Position numbers and translations under genes: made by a program
The notes under the pieces: model-generated
What the model saw: the letters and a program-made list of their open reading frames with translations, nothing else
What the model was told of the DNA's origin: nothing
Database searches by the model: none
Origin: Ginkgo biloba
Lineage: Eukaryota; Plantae; Ginkgophyta
Direction: 5' to 3'
Assembly: GCA_024626585.2 (NCBI GenBank)
Contig: JANKJI020000004.1
Location: 41,398,116 to 41,452,854, forward strand
DNA: 54,739 nt
In this document: piece by piece, positions 1 through 12,842 of the stretch
How the letters are laid out: the number at the start of each line of letters is the position of its first letter
How positions within the stretch are numbered: position 1 is the stretch's first letter

Positions 1-3000
1 AAAGCTACCTATGGTGGACATTCTATCGAAGGGGATGGTTGTGCAGATGGTCTTGTTAGGAGTTGTATCAAAGGCGATGACTCGACCAGTCAGTATTTCA
101 TAGAAATAATCTTATTTGAGAGTTTTGGATCCATTTTAGTCAATTGGTCCTCAGAGGTATATGTTTGTGTGGTTGAGATAGGCATGCTAGGGATAGCTTC
201 TATGGAAATGGTCTTAGGGATTTTCTCGCTACGTTGTAGTCATTCTTCATACTATAAGCATGCAGCAATGGCATCTTGTAGAGTATGCCCAAGATTTTAT
301 TTGATTCTAAATTTGAAGTTTATAGGGAGTCCATTATAGTAGTAGATGTGACAAGTTGTATCATTCTAGTCATGGGAAGTAGGTATTTACTCCTTCATCT
401 TCAAGAACTGAGCTATGAAATCCTTGATTAATTCACTAGGATTTTATGAAATAATGGTGAAAGTCCTTAGGACTTGAGTAGTGTTAATATCGATAGCAAA
501 CTATCAAATGAAAGCATTATATAAATCAGCCCACGAGGGAATAGACTATGGGGCCACTAACCAATACCATTTGATGGTGTCACCCATTAGGGTTTGGCAA
601 AAAATTCACATCATGACCTACTCAAACGAGACTCCTAAGGTGGCACAAGCTTTAAGATACACTTACACATGATCATTGGGGTTTTCGTCTACCTTGCCCC
701 AATATTTAGGCAATAAAATCATGATAGTAGGAAGGGGAACTTGTTTCCCATCAAGGCATAATGGGTTTGGGGCAAGCCATGGGGCCTCCATAGGGTTATG
801 ATTATGATGAGTTCACTGAGGAAGTTGAATGTTTTCAGGCTGCAAACCTTATGCGTTCCTAGAGCACCTTAGGCTAATAGAATAATCATTTGATATATAA
901 TTAAAGGGGAGACATCAAATTACTCCCCAGTATGGTCACTAGGATGTTGATTGGGTTTTCACCTGGTCAACTTTTCTAGTGTCTATAATTTATTTTCTCC
1001 TAGATAGATATAATTGGTTAAGAATCGGCTTGAATAGTAGGACTAATACGTACTCCTAGGTAGTAGGGAGAAAATTTATAAGGCAACACTAGATAATAGA
1101 AAATAAGGAGCCTAGAAAAACACCAGACTCAAGCTTCATGGTTGGACCCAAGACTTAGGTGTCATTTGGTGAGTTCGCACACACTAATTTAGTTTAAGGG
1201 GTTGTTTCAAGTTATCATGCAAGTTTTAACTTCAAGAGCAATTCATAAGGTGCATGAACAAGGTTAGTTTTTCAATGATGGAAAATGGTTACAGGTTTAG
1301 TTTAGCATTTGGTTTTTAGGTATATTGGTTTGAATGTTTTCTTTAGTTCATGTGCAAAATATTACTATGAATTAAATAAATAAATAATTAATGAAGTGTA
1401 ATTAATTGATTGCTCAATCCCACACGATAAAAATATTAAACAAAATAAAATAAAATAAATAAACAAATAAATAAATGAGTAAATGCAAAAATTAGAAAGA
1501 AGTGAATGTGTATTGATTAACGGGAACCTGGGTATAAGCTTGAGGTTGGAGTGCATGCCTCTATCTCGACTCAGCCCAAACTCACTCCTTCAACCTCGAA
1601 CAAAGGGTACTTTAGGTATCCCTTGGCTTAGTTATATGTGCAAATGAGTAATTAGATTGATTAAGTAGATGGTAGCAGTCTTGGTGTTTATAGGAAAGTA
1701 ATAAATAGGTAACAAATAAACATAGATGCAAAAGCGACCCGAAAAAGGACAGATAACAAATGGAAAAAAGGAATTATCCCCAATATGAAGAACCTAGGGT
1801 TACATGGAGGATGCAAGTGACCAAGCCCCAAAGAAACTTAAGCGCCTTTCAATTTATTACTTTAAATATTAGAAAAACATAAATTTTTTAATGGAATAGG
1901 GTCACAACCTCCCTGCAACTGCCATGATCATGAATTTGAAGAGAAAATTGGCTTGCATAGATCATTTCACCTTACAATGACCATGTTTGAGCATATTACA
2001 ATTTCATTCAAGCAACTACAGCCTCAAGATGATCATTTTTCTCTGGAACAATTGTAATTGAGAAGATTAAAGCCACGTTTGAGCATATTACAGCTTGGGC
2101 ATGATCGTTTCACCCTAGGGCAATCAATGCAATATTTTGAATTCTTAATTGAGGGAGAAACTAAGTCTGGCAGTGCTGGAATGATACTCTGATTTGTTAA
2201 AATATGCCAGATCTTTTCCATTGCATAAAATTTCAATCACAGTCTAGAGGGAAGATCGTGGATGATCATGAGAGAGAAAATAGGTATGTTATGCAATATA
2301 AACTCACACAATTATCTCTGGGAAATAGAAGGAACAATGATTCCATCATGGGATAATTCAAGATACCAAATGATGTGTAACCATATGAACAAGGGGATTG
2401 TATGATAGTAGTGACTGGATCAATTTTATTGAAAATTAGAGCATGGAGGGTATCATAGCAGAAATTCCACAATGTAAGGTTGTAGAAGAAAAATCATGAA
2501 GCCTTCTTCACTAATAGAAAAAAGATAACAAATAAATAATTGTACCTATGAGATAGGAGAAGCATAGATGGGCTAAAACTTATGATTTTCTTCCCTACAA
2601 CTGCATGTTACTCTCAATATTTTTCTCCAATCCCTTCTCCCTTCATAAATTTCCTCCAATCATTGAACAAATAAAAATGACTCCATTTGTGTGTTTGAAA
2701 TTCCACCTGATGCCAACAGAAAAATCATTGGGCATTCCAAGAAAGGTGGAGAGATATTATTCCCTTAGTTGCATGCACCATCCAACGTGACCTTGAGGTT
2801 CTGAAAAAGGGGCTATAGTGGCCAAAAAGGGTTTTCAAATGTTTTTTTTAGGGGAAAATGAAGTGGGATGGGGATATAAAGCCAATGCCCGAAAGTCCCT
2901 TTAAGCTCGAAGGATCTAGAGCAAGTTAAGACCTGCTAAAACCAAAGAATGAACATCCAATAGTGAGAACGGGTGGGACAATCCCCCCAACCCTAGGTGT

Positions 3001-3850
3001 ATACAAGAAAAATATACAGATATACGTTAAATACAACATCTCGCAACCCTCAATCAACAATAGGTTAAGATAGGTTTATTAGTCCACATCACCAAGGTTT
3101 GGTAAATAAAGGATATAAAAAATTAACTAATAAAGGGAAAAAGAAGGTGATAAAAAATTAAGACCCTCTTAGTCCCTCAACAAGATATTATAGGTAATAT
3201 GGGATATGTATGTGCCCAACTCAAAACTCCATTTTAGACCCTTTAATAAATCAATATTTAAATATTATAAACACTTTAGAAAAATATCACTATGTAACCA
3301 TAACAACTTTGTAGATTGACTACACACTTAAAACACTACATTTGACTTAAGTTAACTCAAGGATAGAGGAAGAGGATTTTGGGACTACTAAATATATATA
3401 AGATGCACATTGAAAAATAACTTACAAAAGGTTGGTGGAAACTTGTGGAGAAGTCAGATGATTCTAGGAGTAGCAGGAGATCGCATGGACTTCAAAGTCT
3501 TCAATCCACCATAGAATAGATACAAAAGGGTTATTTTACATTTGATAGGCTAAGAAAAATCTAGGAAAAGAATGTAAGATCAAAATAATAAGTGTGGTAA
3601 GGAGAAGGAATTAACATAATGCATCATATATATAGATGAATAACATAGATTATGAGTAGAGGCATTACCTTAGTTGAGTATGTAAGGCTCTAAAATAATA
3701 AAAGAAAATACCCATAGAAGAGAGAATGGAATTCTAAAGACCAGGGTGAGTCTTTTACATTATTGAGTCTCCTTCATCACTAGCTTTGGAATAGGGTTTC
3801 CTTCTCATGTTACCTCCTTTGTCTCCCCTTTAGGACTTCTACTCATCGTT
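1..3850 (-). mobile_element. 5' part of a decayed Ty3/gypsy (Tat/Ogre-like) element: gag, long leader, probable LTR near 3310-3850
   Basis: Gag remnant at 250-730 with a multi-kb upstream region. Boundaries are approximate and the PBS is not clearly identified. Confidence 0.5.
250..730 (-). pseudogene. Degenerate retrotransposon Gag (capsid) domain
   Basis: Manual translation ILLPKYWGKVDENPNDHV*VYLKACATLGVSFE*VMM*IFCQTLMGDTIKWYWLVAP*SIPSWADLYNAFI**F matches the LPKY.G...P..H / F..TL.G.A..WY....P.SI.SW pattern of Ty3/gypsy Gag; several stops. Confidence 0.8.
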
Positions 3851-3872
3851 TAAGAATTATTCAAATTGATTC

Positions 3873-4776
3873 AAATATTTAAGGCTAGTGTTATTGCTAC
3901 TCCTCGAGCATCAAATGGAGAAAAATGAAAAACATGCTTGAAATTGTACACTAATATGTCTTTACAGAATAATAAATGTATAAGATTAATCATTGTCATC
4001 AAAACCACTAACATCGTAAAGATAACATGCATTATATTTGGAACACTTGAAGTTGTAGTGAAGGCCTTTGGTTGATATTGTGAAGGAAGTTCCATTCAAA
4101 GGTTAGGTCCAAACCATCTAATATGACAATTGGATGCAAGTGAGGACATTGCTATGTCATAAGCTAGGTATGACTAGTTGGTTGTGCAATTGTGGATTTT
4201 ATTTGGTATATTCCCACCCCACATGGTACTTTTTGGCTAAATTTTATCTTCTTGTGTTCATCCTCAAATCCACAATGTAATTTGGATTTAGGTTATGCTT
4301 TTTAATTCTCTAGAGTAGGTCCCTTCCATATTTTTTGAGAAACCTATAAACATGATATATCTGTATTTATTAATTATTTTTATTTATCCGCATAGACACA
4401 TTTCAACAAGAACTAAAAAATATCTTGGAAACATTTTCTTATAACTTATATGTCTAAAATTTGGGTCATAATATATTGGTGAAAGTGAGAACAAGGCATG
4501 ATAGAATAAAAGCAATAGGACCAATTCCTTAAAATATATTTATCGTCCGAGTGATCCCCATATAATTAGTACATATAATTCAATAAAGAGAGAGGGATTT
4601 TAATGTCATACAAAATAATTTTAAAGAACACATCATAAGTGCATCTGACTTATTAAACTTGTGGAGGTAATAGCCAAGCAATTATAACACATGCACACAC
4701 ACCCAACAATACCGTTTCCTAAAGATTGTGTGAAAAATAAAATAGGATTTAACTCAAGACCTCATCCAATCAACCA
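3873..4776 (+). repeat. ~900-bp direct repeat, copy 1 (paralogous to 10317-11218)
   Basis: Colinear match from AAATATTTAAGG...GCTACTCCTC to ACTCAA.ACCTCA...AATCAACCA; roughly 85-90% identical by eye. Confidence 0.92.
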
Positions 4777-5659
4777 AATGCCACATGAAGGATACAAAAA
4801 TCTAAATACCAAGTGCCTAGTGGTGTTTTAAGGGCTAGGAAGGATTTATAATAGAATTGGGACTCTTCAAGGGATGAACAAAGGGCTAGTTGGATATGAC
4901 TCATCTTTAGGACACCAACTAAAGCTTCAAGAGGAGTAAAACAACATTAAACTAAGATAAATAAAATCATAATAATAATACTAATATGATCAATATACAT
5001 AGGATCCCATACAAAAATCTTATTCAATATTATCTACATGTAATTTAAGGCAAAATAATTATTCTTGAATTCAATTTAATAGTGGAAGTATAGTTAATAA
5101 TTATCTAGGAAAATTCATAAGATTTTTTTTTAGGAAATCCCATTAGAGTAAATTGCAAAATAGAAGAGGAGTTTTAAAAAATCCAAAATCATTGACACAA
5201 ACTCGAGCAAAAGCTCATATCTGGGTAATTTGTCTAGTGATATGCCAAATGCTAAAGTAGAAAGCTTGATTAATAAATAATAGTGATATAAGAATGGTGA
5301 AAGTGTATTTTTGTGGGATAAATAATTCATCTATGTTTTTTTGAAAATTTTAAGTCTTGTTAAAGAAATGTAAAGATTAGAGAATGGTATGAAATTACAA
5401 GAAGGTCCAAAAAATAGTATAAGGATGTGACTTTGATAGATTAATGGATGATATTAATCAAATAGGATAAATTGTTCAAAGTAAAGTGCAATATTAGAGG
5501 AAGCTATAAAATTTCATAATGCTCTATAAAAAATGTATAGAAAAAGGATTGAATAAATCAAATATCTCTAATAGATTGACTAAAAATAGATCAAAAAATT
5601 AGAATAAAATGCATCATAGTAGCACAGAAAAATAAAAATAGCTCCAAGAATTAGCAATG

Positions 5660-5842
5660 GGCTATTACCTAGCATAAATATCTAATAGACCTACACAAAT
5701 ATTTGACATTATATGAGATCCCTTTGGAGAATTTCTATACACTAGCTCAACATCAATATCATCTCATTTCAACATGACAAAAGTCCACATCATATAGAGA
5801 TTAGCTAAGAAGTTGATTAAAACCATTTGGTAACTAAATCAA
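5660..5842 (+). repeat. ~183-bp flank duplicated at 8389-8571 on the other side of the chromovirus
   Basis: 5667-5841 aligns without gaps to 8396-8570 (about 27 mismatches in 175 by my count). Confidence 0.88.
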
Positions 5843-6305
5843 TAATAGAATACCTAAAATAATGTCATTAATTATAATTATAATTAAAAAATCATGATGA
5901 AAGGGTGAAACCAATCAACTTATCATCTATTTAACTCTATTCCATTGTAGTGGACATCATTAAATTTTGAATAATGTATCTAATAATACATTTAAATCTT
6001 TTAAATATATCCTTTTTGCATTTCTTCCTTTCTTCCCTACTTGGAGTTAGGCGTAAAGATTTCTCCAAGTGGTATAAGAGATTTAATTATTCATTGATAT
6101 GGGTATGGAAGGGGAATGAAGTGCCACAATAGAAAACAAGCAAAGGACACAAACCCACAAGCCCAATATCACAACAAAAGATGGAAATCAAAGAACAATG
6201 GAGCANNNNNNNNNNNNNNNNNNNNNNNNNNNNNNNNNNNNNNNNNNNNNNNNNNNNNNNNNNNNNNNNNNNNNNNNNNNNNNNNNNNNNNNNNNNNNNN
6301 NNNNN

Positions 6306-6426
6306 TTAATATAAAATACCCTTTATCCCCTTTGTATACAATTGTATACAATTTTAAAAAATTTTAATTAAAAAAACCCCTTGTATAACTCACGTGGTAT
6401 GTACAAAAAACACACAACGACCCCCC
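6306..6426. mobile_element. Probable end of a Mutator-like MITE inserted in the chromovirus RNase H region
   Basis: Non-coding AT-rich segment after the gap, with AAAATACCCTT-type motifs and the palindrome TTGTATACAATTGTATACAA. It ends ACAACGACCCCCC (G-rich TIR start on minus) just before pol resumes. The other TIR would be in the gap. Confidence 0.4.
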
Positions 6427-6439
6427 TAGGATAAACATA

Positions 6440-8120
6440 CGATAAAGAGATGTTAACAATCATTCATGCACTAACTAAATGGAGACAATATATTCTAGGA
6501 AGTAAATTATTATTAAGATAGACCATAAGAGTCTTCAATACATTAAAAAAAAAAGAACTATCACCCAAATAACAAAAATGGATAAGAAAAATCCAAGCCC
6601 TTGACTTCAAAATTATCTATAAAAAAAGAAAGTTAAATATTGTTGCAGATGAATTATCATGCTAAGAAGAAGATGGTGAATATAAGACACAATCACATAA
6701 GTGATTCCTAATTAGATAACAGGGGTTTAGGTTAAATATGCAAAAAAACCAAACATGATCCAAATTATTTTTGAAATTCAACAAGGTGTTCATTACAATT
6801 TTGAATGGTAAAATGATATTATTTGGTATAAAGGGAGAATATACCTTGATGGAAATTCTAATTTCATAGTAAAATACTTGTAAAAAACCAAGCAATTCCA
6901 TCACCTGGACACATTAGATTTTTTAAGACATGCCAAAAAATAATTAGACAGTCATTCTTTTGGAAAGGAATAAAAAGGAAATCCAAAAATTTATCGTAGA
7001 ATGTACTATGTGTTAAGAAAATAAACACGAAAATTCCTAACCCTCAAGGTTTCTTCAACCATTACCTATCCCAAACCTGAAGTGAGAAGAAATTAGTATG
7101 GATTTTATAACTAGACTTTCCATATCAGATGGCAAGGATACTATTTTTGTAATAGTAGATCGATTGACCAAGTATGCCCATTTCATTCTCATTCAATCAA
7201 CATTTAAAGCACCAAGAATAACTAAGATTTTCATAAAGGAAATTTATAGATTACATGGAATTCTAAAAACCAATGTAAGTGATTGTGATCCTAAATTTAT
7301 GAGTAACTTATGGAAAGAATTATTTCATCAATTGGGCACATCTTTAACCATGAGCTCTAGTTACCATCCACAAACTGATGGACACACATAAATGGTCAAT
7401 AAATTTTTGGAAGGTTACGTTTGTAACTTTGTAAATAATAAACAAAACTAATGGGTTAAATTGGTACATCTAGTAGAAGCATGGTGCAATTCCACATATC
7501 ATCATTCCATTAAGATGTCTCCCTTTCAATCCCTTTATGGTTATTCACCACTTCAACTTAACGATTGGGAAGAAAAATAATCTAAGGTTCCTACAGTCTG
7601 AGATTATTTACAAGAATCCTTGGACATAATTAAGTTATTAAAAGACCACCTAGTGAATGCATAAGAACATATGAAATAACAAGATAACTAACATCATCAA
7701 GAGTGTGAATTTCAAGTTGGACATTGGGTTTATGTGAGACTATAACCATATAAATAAACATTGGTAAAAAAATATTGTAATGAAAAGATCATCCCATAAT
7801 TTTATGGACCCTATTAAATACAATGAAGAATTGTTAATGTGTCTTATGCACTCAACTTACTTCTTACTATTTGACTTTATAATGTCTTCCATATATCCTA
7901 TTTAAAAAAGAAGATTGGTGAATAAGTCATTGTGCTGACAAAAATTGCCATCCTAGACAAAGAAGGAAAGTGATGTTAATCCTCAAGTCTATCCTAAAAA
8001 CATGAGAAAAATAATTATGCTCTAGAAGTGTTCAAGAATTGTTGATTAAATGGCAAGGTCTACCCTTGGCAGATGCCTCATGGGAATTTGATGTACTTTT
8101 ACAAAAAAATTCTCACCTCT
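6440..8120 (+). pseudogene. Pol remnant: RNase H, integrase, chromodomain
   Basis: YDKEMLTIIHAL (RNase H); MDFITRL...VIVDRLTKYAHF...SSSYHPQTDG (integrase core, ORF 7098-7391); FYGPY; QELLIKWQGLPLADASWE at 8033-8086 (chromodomain); many stops and frameshifts. Confidence 0.9.
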
Positions 8121-10316
8121 AATAGTAATTCTTTGAGGACAAATGATCCTAAGTAGGGAGGGCATGTAACATACAAAAAATCATGTCATTAATTATAATT
8201 ACAACTGAACAATCATGATGAAAGGGTGCAATCGGTCAAATTATCATTTGTTTAACTCTATTCCATTGTAGGGGGCATCATCACATTTTGAATAATTCAT
8301 CTAATAATGTATTTAAATCTTTCAAATATATCCTTTCTAAATTTCTTCCTTACTTCCCTGCATGGAGTTAGTTGCAAGGCCTACTCCTGGATCTGACCTA
8401 GCATAATGCTCTAATAGACTGACAAAAATCCCCAACATTATGTGAGATCCCTTTGGAGTGTTTCTATGCACTAGGTCATCATTAATGTCATCTCATTTCC
8501 ACATGAAAAAATTCCACATCATCTAGATATTAGCCAAGAAATTGATTCAAACCATTTGGTAACTAAATCAGTAGTTATAGTTGAAAGCATTATAAAATCT
8601 TGTGAAGGTTAAGAAAAAGAAGAACAATGAGACAAAGGAAGAGGCTATGAAATCTTATGAGAAGTGACTTTAGAGAAGACCAAGTACCAATAAAGATCAA
8701 AGATAATGATTCAATTCTCCCTTCTTCCAAGAAAGCTAAGCTTCTAGTATGCAAATTACAAGTTGATCATCATATGAGGCAACTCTTCTATGCACTCTAA
8801 TAAATATTCCTAAACTAAGGGACATATACCTCTATAAATTCATGGAATTTAATTCCCCTTCTGAGTTTCTTGTACAACTATATAGATCATATTGTTTCTT
8901 ATTAATAAAAACATTCTTTTATGTGTGACTAAAACCTATGAATTTGAAGTTTTGAATGTTTTAAATTGCTTCTAATATACACATAGTAAGCTCTGAATTA
9001 GAAAGAATATATGGAATAAAACTTTTCAACTCCAGTCAAGAAGAATATGCATGTGCAGTGGTTACTAAGATGTGGTCAGATAAGGGTGGCATCTAATTTC
9101 TCTCATTTTCTCTATCCCTTAATTTTTAGACCTTATAGATTTAATGTAGTCTAGAAATTATAATAGCATATTTATTTTGTTGTTTACTTCCTTATTCACA
9201 TTCAGATAGAAGAATTCCTTGAATATGAAAAATTACAAATGGGATTGATCCATTTCATGCATGATTTTTTAAACATTTTATTGCACAAGATGAATGCCTT
9301 TCAATAAAAGCCTTGGTATTTTCCTATTGGAAATGCATTAGATAGCCAATAAGAGAAATTTGGGATAAAATAACTCAAATCAAGATACAAAGAACATCTC
9401 TTATATGGGTTGTTGATTAAATCATGTCATATGAATTCCAAAGAGATATTAGAGTAGCATCAGAGTATTTATTTAGCCCGTATTTTCTACCATTTGGTAA
9501 CAAAATGGCATATCTCCAAAAAGTTGACAAATGATTTCTACAGCTATCTTTTTATTTTAGAACTATGAATAAACTCTCTATACTCAACCTTTTCCTAATG
9601 ACCAAAATATGTGTTAATTATATCATGTGATATAATCAATAGTAGATGACTCAAAATTAAAACTAAACCACTATATACTAAAATGCAATAAACTTTAAGA
9701 AAATGACCAATAAAGCCCACTTTTAACAACAGCTTAAGAAATTGAACTCTTTTTTTCTACTCCATTCGCTGTTATTTTTATGGGTAGGTTGTATGTAACA
9801 AATTTCTACTCCATTCATTGTTATTTTGTGAAGGTAAGCCTCATTTTAGCCCCTCTTCTGATAGTCACCTACAAGTTCTCTCATATTAGAAGGGGCTAGT
9901 ACTTTTGTTTGCCTATTTTTAGGAACATGGAAGATGGCTAAGATTTGCATTTACCCTTCTTTCCATTTATTCAAGCCAAAATTCTACACTAATCATGTGG
10001 TGGACTCTCCTAAGTGGGCGCTTGGCATAGTAGGATAGAGCCCGCCCCCATCCTAACAATAATCTAAATCAACCTAAGCTAATATATTTGAGGTGGCTCT
10101 TCTTTTGCACAATTGTCGAGGCTACTCAAGTGCTTTTGGACCTAAGTCACCCATTGCTTATCTAACCTTAAAGTTAATCTCCACTTTAAGTCAATGTGAG
10201 TGTAGCCCACGTTTCCAAAATCCTAATCAAACAAAAGGCCATCAAATAGGATACAAGCTATCATTTTGTCTAATGCTCCTACTAACTATGGATGTTATGC
10301 AATTGTACTGAATGAC

Positions 10317-11218
10317 AAATATTTAAGGTTGGTGTTGTTGCTACTCCTCTAGCATCAAATGGAGAAAAATGGCAAACATGCTTGAAATTGTACACTAATA
10401 TGTCTTTATAGAATACTTAATGTATAAGACTAATCATTGCCATCAAAATCACTAACATCATAGAGATATCATGCATTGTATTTGGAACACTTGAAGTTGT
10501 AGTGAAGGGCTTTGGTTGAGGTTGTGAAGGAAGTTGCATTCAAAGGTTAGGTCCAAACCATCTAATATGAAAATTGGATGCAATTGAGGACATTGCCATG
10601 TCATAAGCTAGGTATGACTAGTTGGTTGTGCACTTGTGGATTTGATTTGGTATATTCCCACCCCACGTGGTACTTTTTGGCTAAAGTTTATCTTCTTGTG
10701 TTCATCCTCAAATCCATAATGTAATTTGGATTTAGGTTATACTTTTCAATTCTCTAGAGTAGGTCCTTTCCATGTTTTTTGAGAAACCTCTAAACAAGTT
10801 ATATCTGTTTTTATTAATTATTTTTAGTTATCCACATAGACACATTTCAACAAGAACTAAAAAAATCTTGGAAATGTTTTCTTGTAACTTATATGTCCAA
10901 AATTTGGGTCATAATACATTGGTAAAAGTGAGAACAAGGCATAATAGAAGAAAAGCAATAGTACCAATTCCTTAAAATCTATTTATCAACCGAGTGATTT
11001 CCGTTTCATTAGCACATATAAGCTAGGAAAAAGAGAGAGTGAGATTTTAATGTCGTAGAAACAATTCCAAGGCACACATCATAGATGCATCCAACTTATT
11101 AAACTTGTGGAGACAATAGCTTAAAAATTATGGCACACATACATCCAACAACACCACCTCCCAAAATTTGTGTAAAAAATCAAACAGGATTTGACTCAAC
11201 ACCTCAATGAATCAACCA
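10317..11218 (+). repeat. ~900-bp direct repeat, copy 2, directly downstream of THI1
   Basis: Colinear with 3873-4776; shared long exact blocks such as AAACATGCTTGAAATTGTACACTAATATGTCTTTA. Confidence 0.92.
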
Positions 11219-11356
11219 TTATACTAATACATTAATCACTGAGAGCTTCAAAAATTCTTCAACTAAAACAAATATAGAGCACCTCGGCGAATCAACCATT
11301 ATACTAATACAATCATGAGAGCTTCAAATGCTCTTCAACTAAAACAAATGTATTGC
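11201..11356 (+). repeat. Tandem duplication, ~80-bp unit x2
   Basis: ACCTC...GAATCAACCATTATACTAATACA...GAGAGCTTCAAA...TCTTCAACTAAAACAAAT at 11201 and 11281. Confidence 0.9.
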
Positions 11357-11391
11357 AAGCCTTGAAACTTCTCTCACATTCATATCGAAAG

Positions 11392-11397
11392 TTTATT
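11392..11397 (-). terminator. Candidate THI1 polyadenylation signal AATAAA
   Basis: Minus strand TGTAATAAAC about 125 nt after the stop codon, with an overlapping TGTA element and U-rich flanks. Confidence 0.55.
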
Positions 11398-11521
11398 ACA
11401 TAAAGAGAAACAGTTTCTGTACCACACAAAATGACGCATGGTTCCAACCAATTAAAAGAGTTACAGCACTAGAAAACACTGAACAGAGTCGCTTGCAGTT
11501 TCCAACTTTCTATATAAAAAT

Positions 11522-12741
<1,220 letters not shown>

Positions 12742-12794
12742 TTACAGGGACGCAAGGAGAGACGAGTATACAGTGGAGCAGAGGCCAATGAATG

Positions 12795-12801
12795 TTAAAT
12801 A
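12795..12801 (-). promoter_or_regulatory. TATA-like box of THI1 (TATTTAA)
   Basis: Minus strand CTCTTATTTAACATT about 75 bp upstream of the ATG, followed by pyrimidine-rich leader-like sequence. Confidence 0.55.
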
Positions 12802-12842
12802 AGAGCCTCACAGCTGTCGTATAGTTCATTCATTCATAAACT

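Larger units (their letters stand above)
5843..8388 (+). mobile_element. Decayed Ty3/gypsy chromovirus with ~225-bp LTRs (5843-6067, 8165-8388); internal region shortened at a gap
   Basis: Colinear LTR pair at offset 2321. The 5' LTR ends CA and is followed by a tRNAiMet-type PBS remnant TGGTATAAGAG (6070-6080). PPT AAGTAGGGAGGGCA precedes TGTAAC at 8165. Pol remnants lie between the LTRs. Confidence 0.88.

Noticed and set aside
3871-4095. 74-aa hydrophobic ORF in the duplicated block
   Set aside because: The paralogous frame starting near 10539 stops after ~40 codons and no domain is recognisable, so there is no sign of coding constraint.
8350-8415. TPP-aptamer-like words (TCCCTGC; CTGACCTAGCATAATGC), and CCTTTGAA on minus at ~10539
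   Set aside because: Fragments are on inconsistent strands or in the wrong order, lack CUGAGA and the stems, and the first set straddles an LTR/flank junction.
9750-9830. ~27-bp repeat TTTCTACTCCATTC..TGTTATTTT at 50-bp spacing
   Set aside because: A small local duplication with no further structure; ordinary for intergenic DNA.
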